Below are positions 11,748 through 24,311 of a stretch of DNA of 64,000 nucleotides, one piece after another. Origin of the DNA: Narcine bancroftii (Eukaryota). The DNA is taken from positions 5,394,001 through 5,458,000 of the forward strand of contig NC_091475.1 in assembly GCF_036971445.1 (NCBI RefSeq), written 5' to 3'. The notes beneath the pieces are model-generated. The model ran no database searches. It saw only the letters and a program-made list of their open reading frames with translations, and was not told where the DNA came from. Every line of letters starts with the position of its first letter. The first letter of the stretch is position 1. A program made the translations under genes and the position numbers.

Positions 11748-12664
11748 ATGGAGTCAGTTGGGGTAGTTAAGTGCTCCAATTGTAGGATGTGGGAAGTCGG
11801 AGACAGCACAGCTGTTCCTCACGACTACACCTGCAAAAGGTGCCTCCAATTGCATATAATGAGTGACCGTGTTAGGGAGCTTGAGCTGCAATTGGATGAA
11901 CTGAGGATCATAAGGGAAGCAGAGGCAATGATAGAGAAGAGTTACAGGGAGACAGTCACCCCTAGAAGGCAGGAGTCAGGGAATTGGGTGACTGTGAGGA
12001 AAGGAGGGAGAGTGCCTGTGCAGAGTACCCCTGTGGAAGTGCCACTCAGCAACATGTATTCGGCATTGGATACTTATGTGGGGAACAGCCTAACAGGGAC
12101 GAGTCGTGGGGGTCAGGTCTCTGGCACAGGGGCTGCCCCTGAGGTTCAGAAGGGAAGGGGGGATAAGAACAGGACTCATTAGTCAGAGGGACAGATAGAA
12201 GGTTTGTGGGACGAGATCGGGGATCCAGGTTGGTCTGTTGCCTCCCTGGTGCCAGGGTCAGGGATATCTCTGATCGAGTTCATAGCATTCTGCAAGGGGA
12301 AGGAGAACAGCCAGAAGTCGTGGTCCATGTGGGGACCAATGACTTAGCTAGAAGTGGGGATGAGGTCCTGAAACAGGATTATGTAGAATTGGGTAGGAAG
12401 TTAAAAAACAGGACCTCCAAGGTAGTAATCTCTGGATTGCTGCCCGTGCCACACGCTAGTGAGGGTAGAAATAGGAGGGTGTGGAGGATGAATGCGTGGC
12501 TAAAGAGATGGTGCAGGGGGCAGGGGACAAGATTTCTGGATCATTGGGATCTCTTCTGGGGAAGGTCGGACCTGTACAAAAGGGATGGACTCCACTTGAA
12601 CTGGAGGGGGACCAATGTGCTGGCAAGCAGATTTGCTAGAGCTGTGGGGGAAGGTTTAAACTAG
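11748..12664 (+). pseudogene. CR1 ORF1 (CxxC..CxxC zinc finger, coiled coil, SGNH esterase); frameshifted near 12170
   Basis: CSNC..CKRC, VRELELQLDEL, (G)DSLVRG at 12173, HVGTND, DGLH; split over ORFs 11748..12182 and 12206..12664. Confidence 0.9.
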
Positions 12665-12690
12665 TTTGGCAGGGGGGTGGGGAACAGAGT

Positions 12691-15542
12691 GTGAGTGCAG
12701 TGTCAAGGGAGCATGGCCACCTAGATAGGAATAATATCGATAACAAAGGTAGGATGAAGATTAGGGTAAAAGGTAGAAAAGAGAATATAGGTGAGGGTCA
12801 TTCTCTGAAATGCATATATTTTAATGCAAGAAGCATAGTGAACAAGGTAGATGAGCTTAGAGCATGGACAGATAGTTGGGGTCATGATATTGTGGCAATT
12901 AGTGAGACCTGGCTACAGGAGGGGCAGGACTGGCAACTTAATATTCCAGGATACATTTGTTTTAGATGTGATAGAGCAGGGGGTAAAAAAGGGGGAGGAG
13001 TTGCTCTGCTTGTTAAGGAGGACATTACTGCCGTGAGGTGGCAGGATGGTCTGGAGGGATCGTCCAGTGAGGCTGTTTGGGTGGAATTGAGGGGTGAAGG
13101 AGGCATGAGGGTGCTAATAGGGGTGTATTACAGACCACCAAATGGGCCAAGAAAATTAGAGGAACAAATGTGTAGGGAGATAATGTATATGTGTGAGAAT
13201 CATAAGGTAGTGATCATGGGAGATTTTAACTTCCCTCACATTGATTGGGATACCCATACAGTTAGAGGGCTGGATGGGCTAGAGTTCATTAAATGTGTTC
13301 AAGATTGTTTTCTAAATCAATTAGTAGAAGAACCGACTCGGGACGGTGTAATACTAGATCTCCTGTTAGGGAATGAGTTAGGTCAGGTATCGGACATTAA
13401 TGTTGGAGAACAAATTGGGTCTAGTGATCATAACTCTGTTTTAGGGAAGAGCAAGGAGGGGCCTAAAGTTGAGGTTCTGGATTGGAGAAGAGCAAATTTC
13501 GAAGGAATAAGAAGGGATTTGGGGAGTATTGAGTGGGACAGGATATTTTCAGGTAAGGATGTAAATGAAAAATGGAGGATATTCAAAAAAGAAATTTTGA
13601 GGGTACAGAGTAGATATGTCCCAGTGAGGATCAAAGGAAAGGCTGGAAGTCATAGGGAGGCTTGGTTTTCGAGGAATATTGGAAATTTGGTTAGGAGAAA
13701 AAGGGAGGTGTACAAGAGGTATAAAGAGCAGGGAGCTGAGAGTTTGAAGGAGGACTACAAGGAGTGTAGAAGGAATCAAGAAAGAAATTAGAAAGGCCAA
13801 AAAAAGGCATGAAGAGGCTTTGGCAGACAGAGTAAAAATAAATCCAAAGGGTTTCTATAGGTACATTAAAAGTAAAAGATTAGTGAGGGATAAAATTGGA
13901 CCCCTTGTAGATAGCGAAGGTAGGCTGAGTGAGAAGTCAGAGGAAATGGGGGAAATTTTGAATGATTTCTTTGCCTCGGTATTCACTAGGGAAAAAAAAT
14001 ATTGAACCAGTTGAAGTAAAGAAAAATAGTGGGGAGGTCATGAAGCATATAAGGATAACCGAGGAGGTAGTGATGGCTGTGTTGAAAAAGATAAAGGTGG
14101 ATAAATCTCCGGGACCGGACAAAATATTCCCAAGGACACTCAGGGAAGCTTGTGGACAGATAGTGGGGCCATTAACAGAGATATTTAGGATGTCACTGGT
14201 CACGGGGGTAGTGCCAAAGGATTGGAGGGTGGCGCATGTGGCTCCGCTGTTTAAGAAAGGGTCCAAATGTAAACCTGGAAATTATAGGCCCGTGAGTCTG
14301 ACGTCTGTGGTGGGTAAGTTGATGGAAAGTGTTCTGAGGGATGGTATTTACAAATTTTTGGAGGTACAGGGATTGATAGGGAGTAATCAGCATGGTTTTG
14401 TCAGGGGTAGATCATGCTTGACAAACCTGATTGAGTTTTTCGAGGGGGTTACAAAAAAGGTTGATGAAGGGAAAGCTGTGGATGTTGTCTATTTAGACTT
14501 TAGTAAAGCTTTTGACAAAGTTCCCCACAGGAGGTTAGGAAAAAATATGGAGGCATTAGGTATAAATAAAGAGGTAGTGAAATGGATTCAGCAATGGTTG
14601 GATGGGAGGTGTCAGAGAGTAGTGGTAGAAAATTGTTTGTCCAATTGGAGGCCAGTGACTAGTGGAGTTCCTCAGGGATCGGTCCTGGGTCCACTATTGT
14701 TTGTTATATATATTAACGATCTGGAAGTAGGGGTGGAGAATTGGATAAGCAAGTTTGCGGATGATACAAAGATTGGTGGTGTTGTGGACAGTGAGGAAGA
14801 TTACCGTTGATTAAAAGGTGATTTAGGAAGGCTGGAGGTGTGGGCTGAGAAATGGCTGATGGAATTTAATACAGATAAGTGTGAGGTGTTACAGTTTGGA
14901 AAGGCAAATCTAAATAGGCCATATGCATTAAATGGTCGGCTATTGAGATGTGCAGAGCAACAAAGGGATTTAGGAGTGATGGTAAATAGTACCCTCAAGG
15001 CTGATACTCAGGTAGATGGTGTGGTGAAGAAGGCATTTGGAACGTTGGCCTTCATAAATCGGAGTATTGAATTCAAGAGTAGGGAGGTTATGATGAAATT
15101 GTACAAGGCACTGGTGAGGCCAAATTTGGAGTACTGTGTACAGTTTTGGTCACCAAATTTTAGGAAAGATATAAACAAAATAGAGAGAGTACAGAGAAGG
15201 TTCATGAGAATGTTGACAGGATTTCAAGGTTTGAGTTACAGGGAAAGGTTGTGCAAACTGGGGCTATTTTCTCTGGAGCGTAGAAGATTGAGAGGGGACT
15301 TGATAGAGGTGTTTAAGATTTTAAAAGGGACAGACAGAGTAAACGTGGATAGGCTTTTTCAATTAAGAGTGGGGGAGATTCAAACTAGAGGGTATGGTTT
15401 AAGATTGAATGGGGAAAATTATAAGGGGAACATGAGGGGAAATTTCTTTACGCAAAGGGTGGTGGGGATGTGGAATGAGCTTCTGACAGACGTGGTCGAG
15501 GCGGGATCATTGGTTACATTTAAGGAAAGACTGGATAGTTAA
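12691..15542 (+). pseudogene. CR1 ORF2 (AP endonuclease plus reverse transcriptase), with 2 frameshifts and 1 stop
   Basis: [43 protein letters not shown]. Breaks near 13775 and 13995 (A-run) and TGA at 14808-14810. Confidence 0.93.
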
Positions 15543-15699
15543 ATGGAGAGGAGAGGACTGGAGGGGTATCGACCGGGTGCTGATCAATGGGACTAGGAGG
15601 GTGGGAATTTGTTATGGCATGGACTAGTAGGGCCGAACTGGCCTGTTCTGTGCTGTAAGTGGTTATATGGTTATATGGTTATTCATCTTCGAGAAGCAG

Positions 15700-15972
15700 A
15701 AAATATTCATATACAAAGAAGTATACCATCAGGAAAAAGGTACAGGAGCTTAAAGATGAGCACTCAATGGCACAAGGCCAACTTCTTCCCCACTGCCATC
15801 AGGTTCCTGAATGAACCAAAGACACTGCCTTACTTTTCATCCACTATTATCTTTTTTTCACGTTTTTATAGTAATGTCGTAAGATGATTATAATAGGAAC
15901 GTTGTCAGTCTGACGCTGCCCCAAAACACCAAATTTCATGACTTGTTCATGACAATACTTCCTGATTCTGAA
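15700..15972 (+). mobile_element. L2-clade 3' tail fragment
   Basis: PSGKRYRSLK..NFFPTAIRFLN and catgacaata..ctgattctga tail. Confidence 0.65.
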
Positions 15973-16054
15973 GTGTAAATTGCAGGAGAAAAACACAAAA
16001 TTGATTATGGATGGGAGTAAATATAATGCATAATGAAAAATGGGTAAACCTGAC

Positions 16055-16264
16055 CTGGCATAAAACGTATCAAATATTCAAACCACTGACGCATGGTAGA
16101 GTCTCCATGCAAATAAACATTTTTCCATCGAAGACAATTGGTAGCATTTTCTGAGATGTCGAAGTGTTGAGCACAACAAGTTTGTGATACCCATTTATCC
16201 TGATAATAAAATCCAGATGGTGAAGGCAGTGGCTTGCCAGGGACACATTCAATGAAACCTTGGT
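16055..16264 (-). CDS. NXPE3: NXPE3-like coding exon 4 (210 bp; PSGFYYQDKW...CLRWKNVYLHGDSTMRQWFEYL, containing the GDS motif)
   Basis: Within ORF 16005..16346. Acceptor ttatttttag|AC, donor CCA G|gtcag, phase 1/1. GDS codons at 16098-16106. Confidence 0.95.
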
Positions 16265-17044
16265 CTAAAAATAAGGAAAAAGAAATTTTAAAAACATGCT
16301 TTTGATATATAGTTCTTTTTTTTAAAAAAAGCTGATATTGGATCAAAACTAACTGTGATGAAATAGTGGAAAAATTAAATAATTAAAGAAGGGGTGGTAT
16401 GTATACAAGCTACAAAAAGCAATCTTGAAATGTCAATGTAGTGAAAGAAACAACATGAATTCCAAATGCATCTTTCATGTTCTCTTCAGTGCTCTCAAAG
16501 CAATCTGCAGCCAATTTAGTGACTTAGCGTGCAGGCGCCTTTATAACATGGGAAATCCGGTAGCCCATTTAATCCATTCTCGTGTTGCTCTCAAGCCTGT
16601 TTCCTCCTTCCCCATCCAGTGGTCTCTTCCTCTCCTTGCCTCTTCAGGTCTTTTTCTGACCAGTAATCTCTTGACCTCGCCACAGTTTTCCCCCTCCTTT
16701 CTTTCTCCTCTTTCTATATTTGATATCACCCCTTCCTACTTCAAAGTCAATAAAGAGACCTGACCCAAACGATGAGTGATTATTTCCATCCCTGAATGCT
16801 GCCTGATTCACTGAGTTCCTTTGACTCCTCTTAGTTCACTCAAGGTGCCAGCATCTGCAGTTTTTTTGCATTCCTCTAATGTTCCAAGCGACTTCTAGGC
16901 TACACGAGAGGATAGAGCCAGTTTTGCTTTAATAACTTGAAGAAACCAGCACTGCGGCCCTCATGCTCTCGAGGAGTATTAAGCTAGATACTCAAGTAAA
17001 AACATCTACTGCATCCGGTGCTCCTGTTCTGGCCTTCTAGACAT

Positions 17045-17530
17045 CAGAGAGACTGGACACAGACTGGGAGATTGCTTCCATTTCAATTCCACCCCCCACC
17101 CCACCCCACTTCCATGCTGTCATGTCTGTCCCACAAAGATTGCTCGTAAATTGGATGACCAAGACAATTACCATCTGGGCACTCTCCAACCGTATGGTAT
17201 TAACATCAATTTCTCCAGTTTCTGTTCGCCTACTCTCCGTCCTCCCTCCCTGCCCTTTCTCTTTGTCTTTCAAGAGCCAGCCCTCCTCCCCCTGCTTGCT
17301 GGTATACCCTCCCTCCCTCATCCACCTATTACTTCCTGCCTTTGGAACTGTGCTCCTTCCCCACCATTTTGTTCAGGTTCTGGCTGACATTTTGTCATAC
17401 CTTGATGAAGGGCTCAAGCCCAAAACGTTGGTCATGTATCATTATCTCTGCTCTATAAAGGACACTGTTTGGCCTGCTGAGTTTCTCCAGCATTGTGTTT
17501 TTACTTCAACCACTGTATCTGCAGATTTTA
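17045..17530 (+). mobile_element. Penelope-like 3' fragment
   Basis: HLGTLQPYGININF, CT-rich tract, ttgatgaagggctcaagcccaaaacgtt, cctgctgagtttctccagca; homologous to 7900-8370. Confidence 0.75.
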
Positions 17531-17631
17531 CTTCAGATATTCAAGTACCTTATTCAAATTATTGTTGAGTATTGGAATAACATGTGAGGCTTCAAGTACT
17601 GTCAATCTCAGGAAATCTGGCACTCATGCAT

Positions 17632-17790
17632 TTTTTTTACATGATAGAGGAATTAGGGGATATTGGGAGAAGGCAGGTAGGTGGAGTTAGGTCATCAGTT
17701 AGATCAGCCATGATCGTATTGAATGGCGGAGCAGGCTCGATGGGCCATTTTTGGCCGACTCCTGTTCCTACTTCCTATGTTCCTATGTAA
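17632..17790 (+). mobile_element. Short CR1 3' end, nearly identical to about 49100-49256
   Basis: Shared ttttacatgatagaggaattagggga...cctgttcctacttcctatgttcctatgt. Confidence 0.85.
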
Positions 17791-18008
17791 GTCTATGATA
17801 ATCCTACTTTTGCTGCACAAACTATTTAAAAAATTGAATAAATAAAATATTTGTTTTAATCAGTTACTTAAATCGATTGAAATGTGTACAAAACATTAAA
17901 TTCAATTTAGGATATAATTAAGTATCTGGAACAGAAAACAATTCCCACATTTCATCCCACAGAGCCCATCTAATATCTAATTTACTCGGCAGCAAGTTAT
18001 TCTCTTAC

Positions 18009-18082
18009 CTTTGTGAGGTGATGGCTCTACAATTACATCATCGTGATTATTGGGTAATATTGGCATCTTGACATTTTTCCCA
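18009..18082 (-). CDS. NXPE3: NXPE3-like coding exon 3 (74 bp; SGKNVKMPILPNNHDDVIVEPSPHK)
   Basis: Acceptor ttttcag|T and donor AAAG|gtaaga. Phase 2 in and phase 1 out join exons 2 and 4 exactly, with no stop. Confidence 0.9.
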
Positions 18083-18399
18083 CTGAAAATATATATATAT
18101 ATTTTTCATCTATTACATCCATGAAAAGGAACAAGTAAAATTTTAATTTTGCAGCATAGAAATGAGAAAAGATGGCTTATCATTTGGGCTGAAAGACAGG
18201 GTCAACCCTCACTGACTTCCTGTCCAATACCTAACCTATGCTATGAGCTATCTATTCCTCTCACTACTCTCTCACCGCACTCACTATCACCAGCCCATGA
18301 CCTCTTCCTGCCGTAGTTCTGGGCAGTAGATTAACTTTGCAGGGGAGTTTCAGTCTTATCGTTCCCAGTGACAATGTAAAAAAAATCAAGACGGAATTT

Positions 18400-21300
18400 A
18401 TTATGTAAATTTCAGCCCGTAATTTTTCCAACGGCACCCCAATGACCATCTAAAATGACCGCAGCCACTCTGCAAGAAATGGGCCTAATGAATACAACTT
18501 TCCCAATGATGTGCTGTTATGCGCGATGAACCGTTCAGCTCGTGATGTCAACGGGTGCTGTCCCACAATGGCCAGAGTGATAGTGGGCATGAAGATTGGC
18601 CTTATTTAGATCTCTGTTGGCACATCTGAGGCACCCGCCACTTTGTGCGACCCAAAACTCTGATGAGCAGCAGGGAGGATGCAACACCACCCCAAGAGGG
18701 TCTGGACCTCCGACCTCCACAGGCGGCATGCCTGAATCTGAGCAATTGAGTGACAGAGAAGCAGACGCCAGCCATGGGGGGGTGGGGGGTGGAGGGGAGG
18801 TCCTTCGCACCAGCAGGATTCAGGTAAAACCTTTTTATCCATGTGCCTGTCCTTAAGCAGCTACATGTGGACACATGTGGTGACGTGAAATTGTTTGTGT
18901 CTGCCCTCCATCAATCTCATGTTCAGATAACACCTACTGCTTTATAAAGGTGAACAGCAGCTATGTTCAGTCAGCTACCACGTGCTGTATTAGATCAGTA
19001 AGCAACAACTGCATTAAGACAGCACATGCTCCACTTTAATGGATGCGGCACCATTTTTAACTGTATGAGACTCTCTCCTGCAGCAAGGCAGCACGTCCTC
19101 CATCGGGTTGGTTTGCAAGTGCTTTAGTTATGCAATGATAAGCTGTGGTCATGCAGTTAGTTCTTCTTTGGATATTTGGGCAGCAGCTACAGTCACGTGG
19201 CAGCTCTCCTTTTGATCAATCTTACTGACGGGCATTGTGTTCCAATCCCTAATAGCGCGGAAGTGGCCTAGGAAAAGAGCATGACCAACCAAGGCCAGGA
19301 TAATATGTCAAGAGCGTTGTGACAAGCTACAATCAATGGACCATGAAGAGGTGGAGAGGCGCCACGTTCAGTAGGTGAACGTCACCATGCGGAGGAGACC
19401 GGAGGGTTTTCAAACATGTTTGAAAGACTGGAAAGGGAGAAGCATATGCAAACTGGCATCACGAGCGAGGTGGCGGGCTTGCTATCAATCCCCATCTCAG
19501 ACAATCAACTTCCTGTACCACCCCCCCCCCAACAAAATATAACCCTCACCAACCCCAGAGCCAGATTTCCTTTCATTCCCCATGTCGTGGACCTGTAATG
19601 TAGCACCTTGACGTGGCGTTCAAGTCCATTCAAGAACCTCCCTCCTCATGCTACCCTGGACCATTCCAGTAACGTGATTGCGAGAACCATGTTCACATTA
19701 GTATTTATAATGTGAGCTTTTGCGTGTTTTGCACAGTTTTGCACACACGACTACAGCCTAACATGCAGATCCATTGGGATTCACAAAGTGCAAAGCTTGA
19801 AACTGTGGTAAACCACTCTGTATATTTAGCTGTCTGGACACACCCCTTGGGCCAACTGTACCTGTGGCTCCTCCCACAGACTCCTGAATAAAGGTGACCG
19901 TCCCACAGTGCCCTCCCCAGTTCAGGACAGTCGACCAGCATGGACGTACCTCCATTCTATTGCTAATAAAAGCCTATCACTTTTACATAGCTTCTACTTC
20001 TGGAGTTATTGATGATGCATCAATTTTATTAGCAATAAATGTTGATAATGGAGCAGATCCTAAAACCTGAGAAGTTGGAAATCGACCCACGGTCATCTAA
20101 AGCCTCCAACAACATTGAACTGTTGCTTCGAAGCGTTTCTGCAGACATCATCAGAGAACGACAAGCTGCAGGTACTACATTCCCCAGTCAAGCCCCTGGT
20201 GTATTCAATGATCAGTGACGCCAAGTCATATGAAGAGGCAATGGACATCCTGAAAGGCCTGTACCTGAGGATGGTAAATGAGGTATTCACGAGACACCTC
20301 CTGGCTACCCAGAAACAGTGACCTGGGGAATTGAGTGCTGAGTACCTCCAGGCCCTGCGAGCTCTTGGACGGTGCTGCAACTGCAAGGCTATGACACCCA
20401 CGGTGAACATGGAGGACCAGATCAGAGATGCTTATGTCAAGGGCATCAGGAGCAAGGCGAGCTCAGCTTGTGAAAGGCAGTCAAACTGGCAGGCACACCA
20501 GAGATGGCCCTCCAGAATATTGAAGCCTACTTGGCAAACAACAAGGCCGCTGCCTTGGGATGTGGGAGGGCCACAGCCCCGCAGAACACCACCACCACCA
20601 CGTCCCGCCAACGATCTGACCATGGCCATTGTACTCCGTGAGCACCTAACACCACTACTGCCACATCCCACCAGCGGCCCAACCACGGCCGTCGTACTCC
20701 GTGATCACCCAAAGTGCTACTTTTGTGGCCTGAACAAGCACTTGAGGAAACGCTGCCTGGTGAAAGATGCGGTTTGCTCTAACTGTGAGTAGAAAGGACA
20801 TTACATGAAGGGGTGCATGTTGAAGTCTCCCCAACCAAGCAGCACTGCATGCGGGCCGTGGGGACTGACATTTTTGACACCTCCATCTTCGAAATCTAGC
20901 AGTGCTGCATGAGAGCCATGGGGTCCCCCATCTTGGACACCATCATTTTGGGACCGCACACCCGAACACTCTACCACATCTACAGACTCCGATCCAAAAC
21001 TGGCCTCCATCATGCTGGATCAACTCACCAGATCAATGATGGACATCCAGGTAAACAGCCATGTGTTGAGCTGCCTGTTCGATCATGGGAGCTCAGAGAG
21101 CTTCATCCACCCCAACACGGTGTGGCATTACTCCCTGGTGATAAGGCCAGTAAGCCACAAAGTCTCTTTGGTATTGAAGTCCCATACGGCTGATGTCTGC
21201 AGCTACTGTGTAATGACTCTGACCGTGTGGGGCACAGACCTGGTGATGTCACAGCTCTGCATTGCCATGCTGCTGGGGCTAGACTTTCAATGCATACTTA

Positions 21301-24300
21301 AAAGTGTGACGATGGAGTACAACAGGCCCCAACAACCCCCACTGTCAGTAACAAGCAGTTTTTAAACTGGCCACTGCGGTCCACCAGGAAAACCCACCCC
21401 GCGGCCACTTCCCCCCACCATTTCCAGCCAGCAACCTGAAGATTGCCCATTGCACACGACCTGTGGGCTCTCAACTCTCTCGATCACCCCTCCAGCATTG
21501 TTCGCTAACCTCACCCCCGACTGTAAACCTGTTGCCACCAAAGGTAGGCGGTACAGTGCCGGGGACAGGGTCATTGGAGGTGGTGAAGCAGCTACTCAAT
21601 GAGGGGATCATTGAAGCCAGCACCAGCCCCTGGAGAGCCCAAGGGGTGGTGGTGAAGAATGGGGAGAAAAACAGAATGGTCATCGACTACAGTCTGACCA
21701 TTAACAGATACATGCAGCTGGACGTGTACCCTCTTCCCCACATACCTGCTAGGTAAACCAAATCACTCAATATCGGGATTTCTCCACCATTGATCTTAAG
21801 CCAGCTTACCACCAGCTCCCCATCTGCCCGGAGGACCGCCAATATACTGGTTTTGAGGCAGCTGGCCACCTCTACCATTTCCTGAGGGTCCCCTTCAGCA
21901 TCAACAACAGGTAGTCAGTCTTCCAGTGGGAGATGGACGGGATGGTAGACCAGTACAAGATGCAGACCGCATTCCCATATCAGGACAACGTCATCATTTA
22001 CGGCCATGACCTGCAGGATTACGATACCAACCTCCAAAAATTCCTAAGATGTTTGCAGTGGCAGACCAGACCATCTGAAAGACTTGATTTGTAATAACAC
22101 CTAATTCACTTCACCCTGGCGGACTCTTTCAAAAACAAGGGGTGAATGTGGTAAAGCACTGTATATATGATTAGCTGTCTGGACACATCCCTTTGGCCGA
22201 CTGTACCTGTGGCTCCTCTCATGGACTCCCAAATAAAGGTGACCGTCCCACAGCCCCCTCCCCAGTTCAGGACAGTCGACCAGCATTGATGTGTCTCCAT
22301 TCTATTGCTAATAAAAGCCTATCACTTTTACATAACTTCCAGTCTTTTAGAGTGCTGCAACATGCCGCAATGAGCATCATTATTTGCAAACAAGTGGCTC
22401 CTGTGATGTGGACTCTCAATGAAAATGTTTAATTAAAATCATTGTGAAAATGGTATATCGCAAGTGAACCCTTCTGTTACATTGAAAGCACTGCAGGATC
22501 AAATCACGTTCTTACATAAAATCTCTTCCTACAAAGCTGACACAATCACCTCCCGTGCTTCGTGGGCACTATGGCGAGTTACTCCCAGAAAGGGAAGACG
22601 CTCAGGTGCCTCAGGGTGATCTCGTTGACAGTTGCACCACCAGTACTCCTTGTTGATCACACAGACGCTGTGAAGAACACAGCAGGCCACGACAACTTCT
22701 GGTATCAACCCACTGAGTGACCTTTTAGACGTCCGAACGCATGTTCCACAATGACCTTTGTGCTGTTCAAATGTTTGTTGTGGTGATGGTGATGCTGGCT
22801 GAGGGCTTCACGGTGGGTGAAACCCTTCATCAACCACCTCCTCAATGGATAAGCTGGTCTCCGATTAGATGCACAGGTATCTCCACCCCATTTACAATTT
22901 GTGATTTCTGTTGGCATTAACAGTGAACAATTATCAGTGTCTCATTCAGCCCATGAAAATGAGTGCTTTAGCTCTCCTCACGTGGCCAGAGGTACCCTCC
23001 TTGTCCCTCAGCCTTTCTGTAGAGGGGGCAGTTCACTAAGATGCAAGCATCGTGTGTGTGTCCAGGCCATCCCACATACACATCTATGAAGCTGGAACAA
23101 CCACAGATCTGTGCTTATAAAGGCATTAGGCTCACAAACCATTATACATAGTGCAACACAAAGCTTTATACTTACCAGTAACTGTGATCGGCAACTGTCT
23201 GCAAGACAATTGAGTGCCATCCTTTCCTATTGTAGTCATCACTGGGTGCTCTGACAGGAATACGAGTACCATCAATCCCACCACCACACATTGGATAATG
23301 CCTTTCTGCAAATCCGTCGAGTGTCTCCTGCAGTTCAGATGAATTAAACATTGCAACTTGGCCCCTCTAAGTGCTCCAGTCACCTGGCATACCACCACGC
23401 AGACAATGGCCACTCCTATACTGAAAATAACACTAATGGATCGATATTCACATGGTGTCACTTACCACCACAAAGCGAGTCTAAAACGGGAACCCAGAGG
23501 TTGCACCTGAGGTCCAGCTCAATGAGCCTTAACATAAAAGCAAAGGTACCCCGAGACATATGAAAATGAGCCTTCATCGTCATCAAAATTGTTTGGGACA
23601 TCAAGCCAGAATACAGGCCAACTTTCTCTCTCTTTCCTCCATGTTGTTCTCTGCGACATTAGTGCATTTTGACTCACAATAAAGTCATGTCTCCCAATCA
23701 AAGTGCTCCCCTTCTCTCCACCCATTTTCCTGTAATGCATTTTGTCTCACGTGGTTTTCTTCCTTGCACGTGCACAACCCGCATCTCCGCACCATGAAAG
23801 AACGCTTGAAACTAAATAGCTACCCCCTTCGCAAAGGTCTGAAAATCTGGAGTCATTCCCTCTTCTTTCCTGAGGATCTTTTGGCTGCAGGATTCTGAGG
23901 TCACTTAGGACATCCATGTGGTGACCATGTCCATCAGACGTACATTGCACGTCCGCGTTGATGTCCACCCATGTTTGTCCGCCCACGTACACAGAAATTT
24001 TGGAATTATTCCGAAAAAAATTAGCATACTTACCTCCAATGTGTCCCAATCTGGTCGTTTACACAGGGGCACTTTTACACAGCCTTTCTGTGTGGCGGAG
24101 TTGATTGAAGGGAGAACGTCGTATTCATTAGGCTTGGAGTGGTTGCAGTCAATCTACAGTGCAGCTGCTCTGTAAAAATGTGTAGGGGTCCAAGTGGAAA
24201 AATTATGGGATGGAATTTGCATTATAAATTCCTTTGTGACATTTTTACACTTCCACCAAAGCAGAAACTTTCCTGAAATGTTCTGCTGTTCAGTGACTGT

Positions 24301-24311
24301 GTAAATGTGCC
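18400..24311. mobile_element. Decayed PIF/Harbinger transposon: transposase relic on minus (about 22600-23900), probable Myb/SANT-like partner relic on plus (about 18400-19700); split by a Gypsy insertion
   Basis: Minus peptides YRSISVIFSIG, AYPLRRWLMKGF, VIVEHAFGRLKG (HARBI1-like DDE). Plus-strand WPYLDL resembles MADF/SANT partners. TIR-like tgtgtaaatgtgcc ends at 24311. The left boundary is uncertain. Confidence 0.6.
19804..22362 (+). mobile_element. Internally deleted Gypsy LTR retrotransposon (LTRs 19804-20022 and 22147-22362; gag, protease, partial RT; no RNase H or integrase)
   Basis: TG..CA LTR pair, PPT aaaaacaaggggtgaa, gag MEQILKPEKLEIDP from 20049, knuckle CYFCG..H..C..CSNC..GH, protease LFDHGSSESFI, RT SPWRAQ..IDYSLTINRY. 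No TSD recognised. Confidence 0.9.

Larger units (their letters stand above)
11640..15683 (+). mobile_element. Near full-length CR1 LINE in NXPE3 intron 4 (antisense to the gene)
   Basis: ORF1 and ORF2 are colinear, followed by a 3' UTR and (GGTTATAT)n tail at 15661-15683. The 5' boundary is approximate. Confidence 0.95.
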
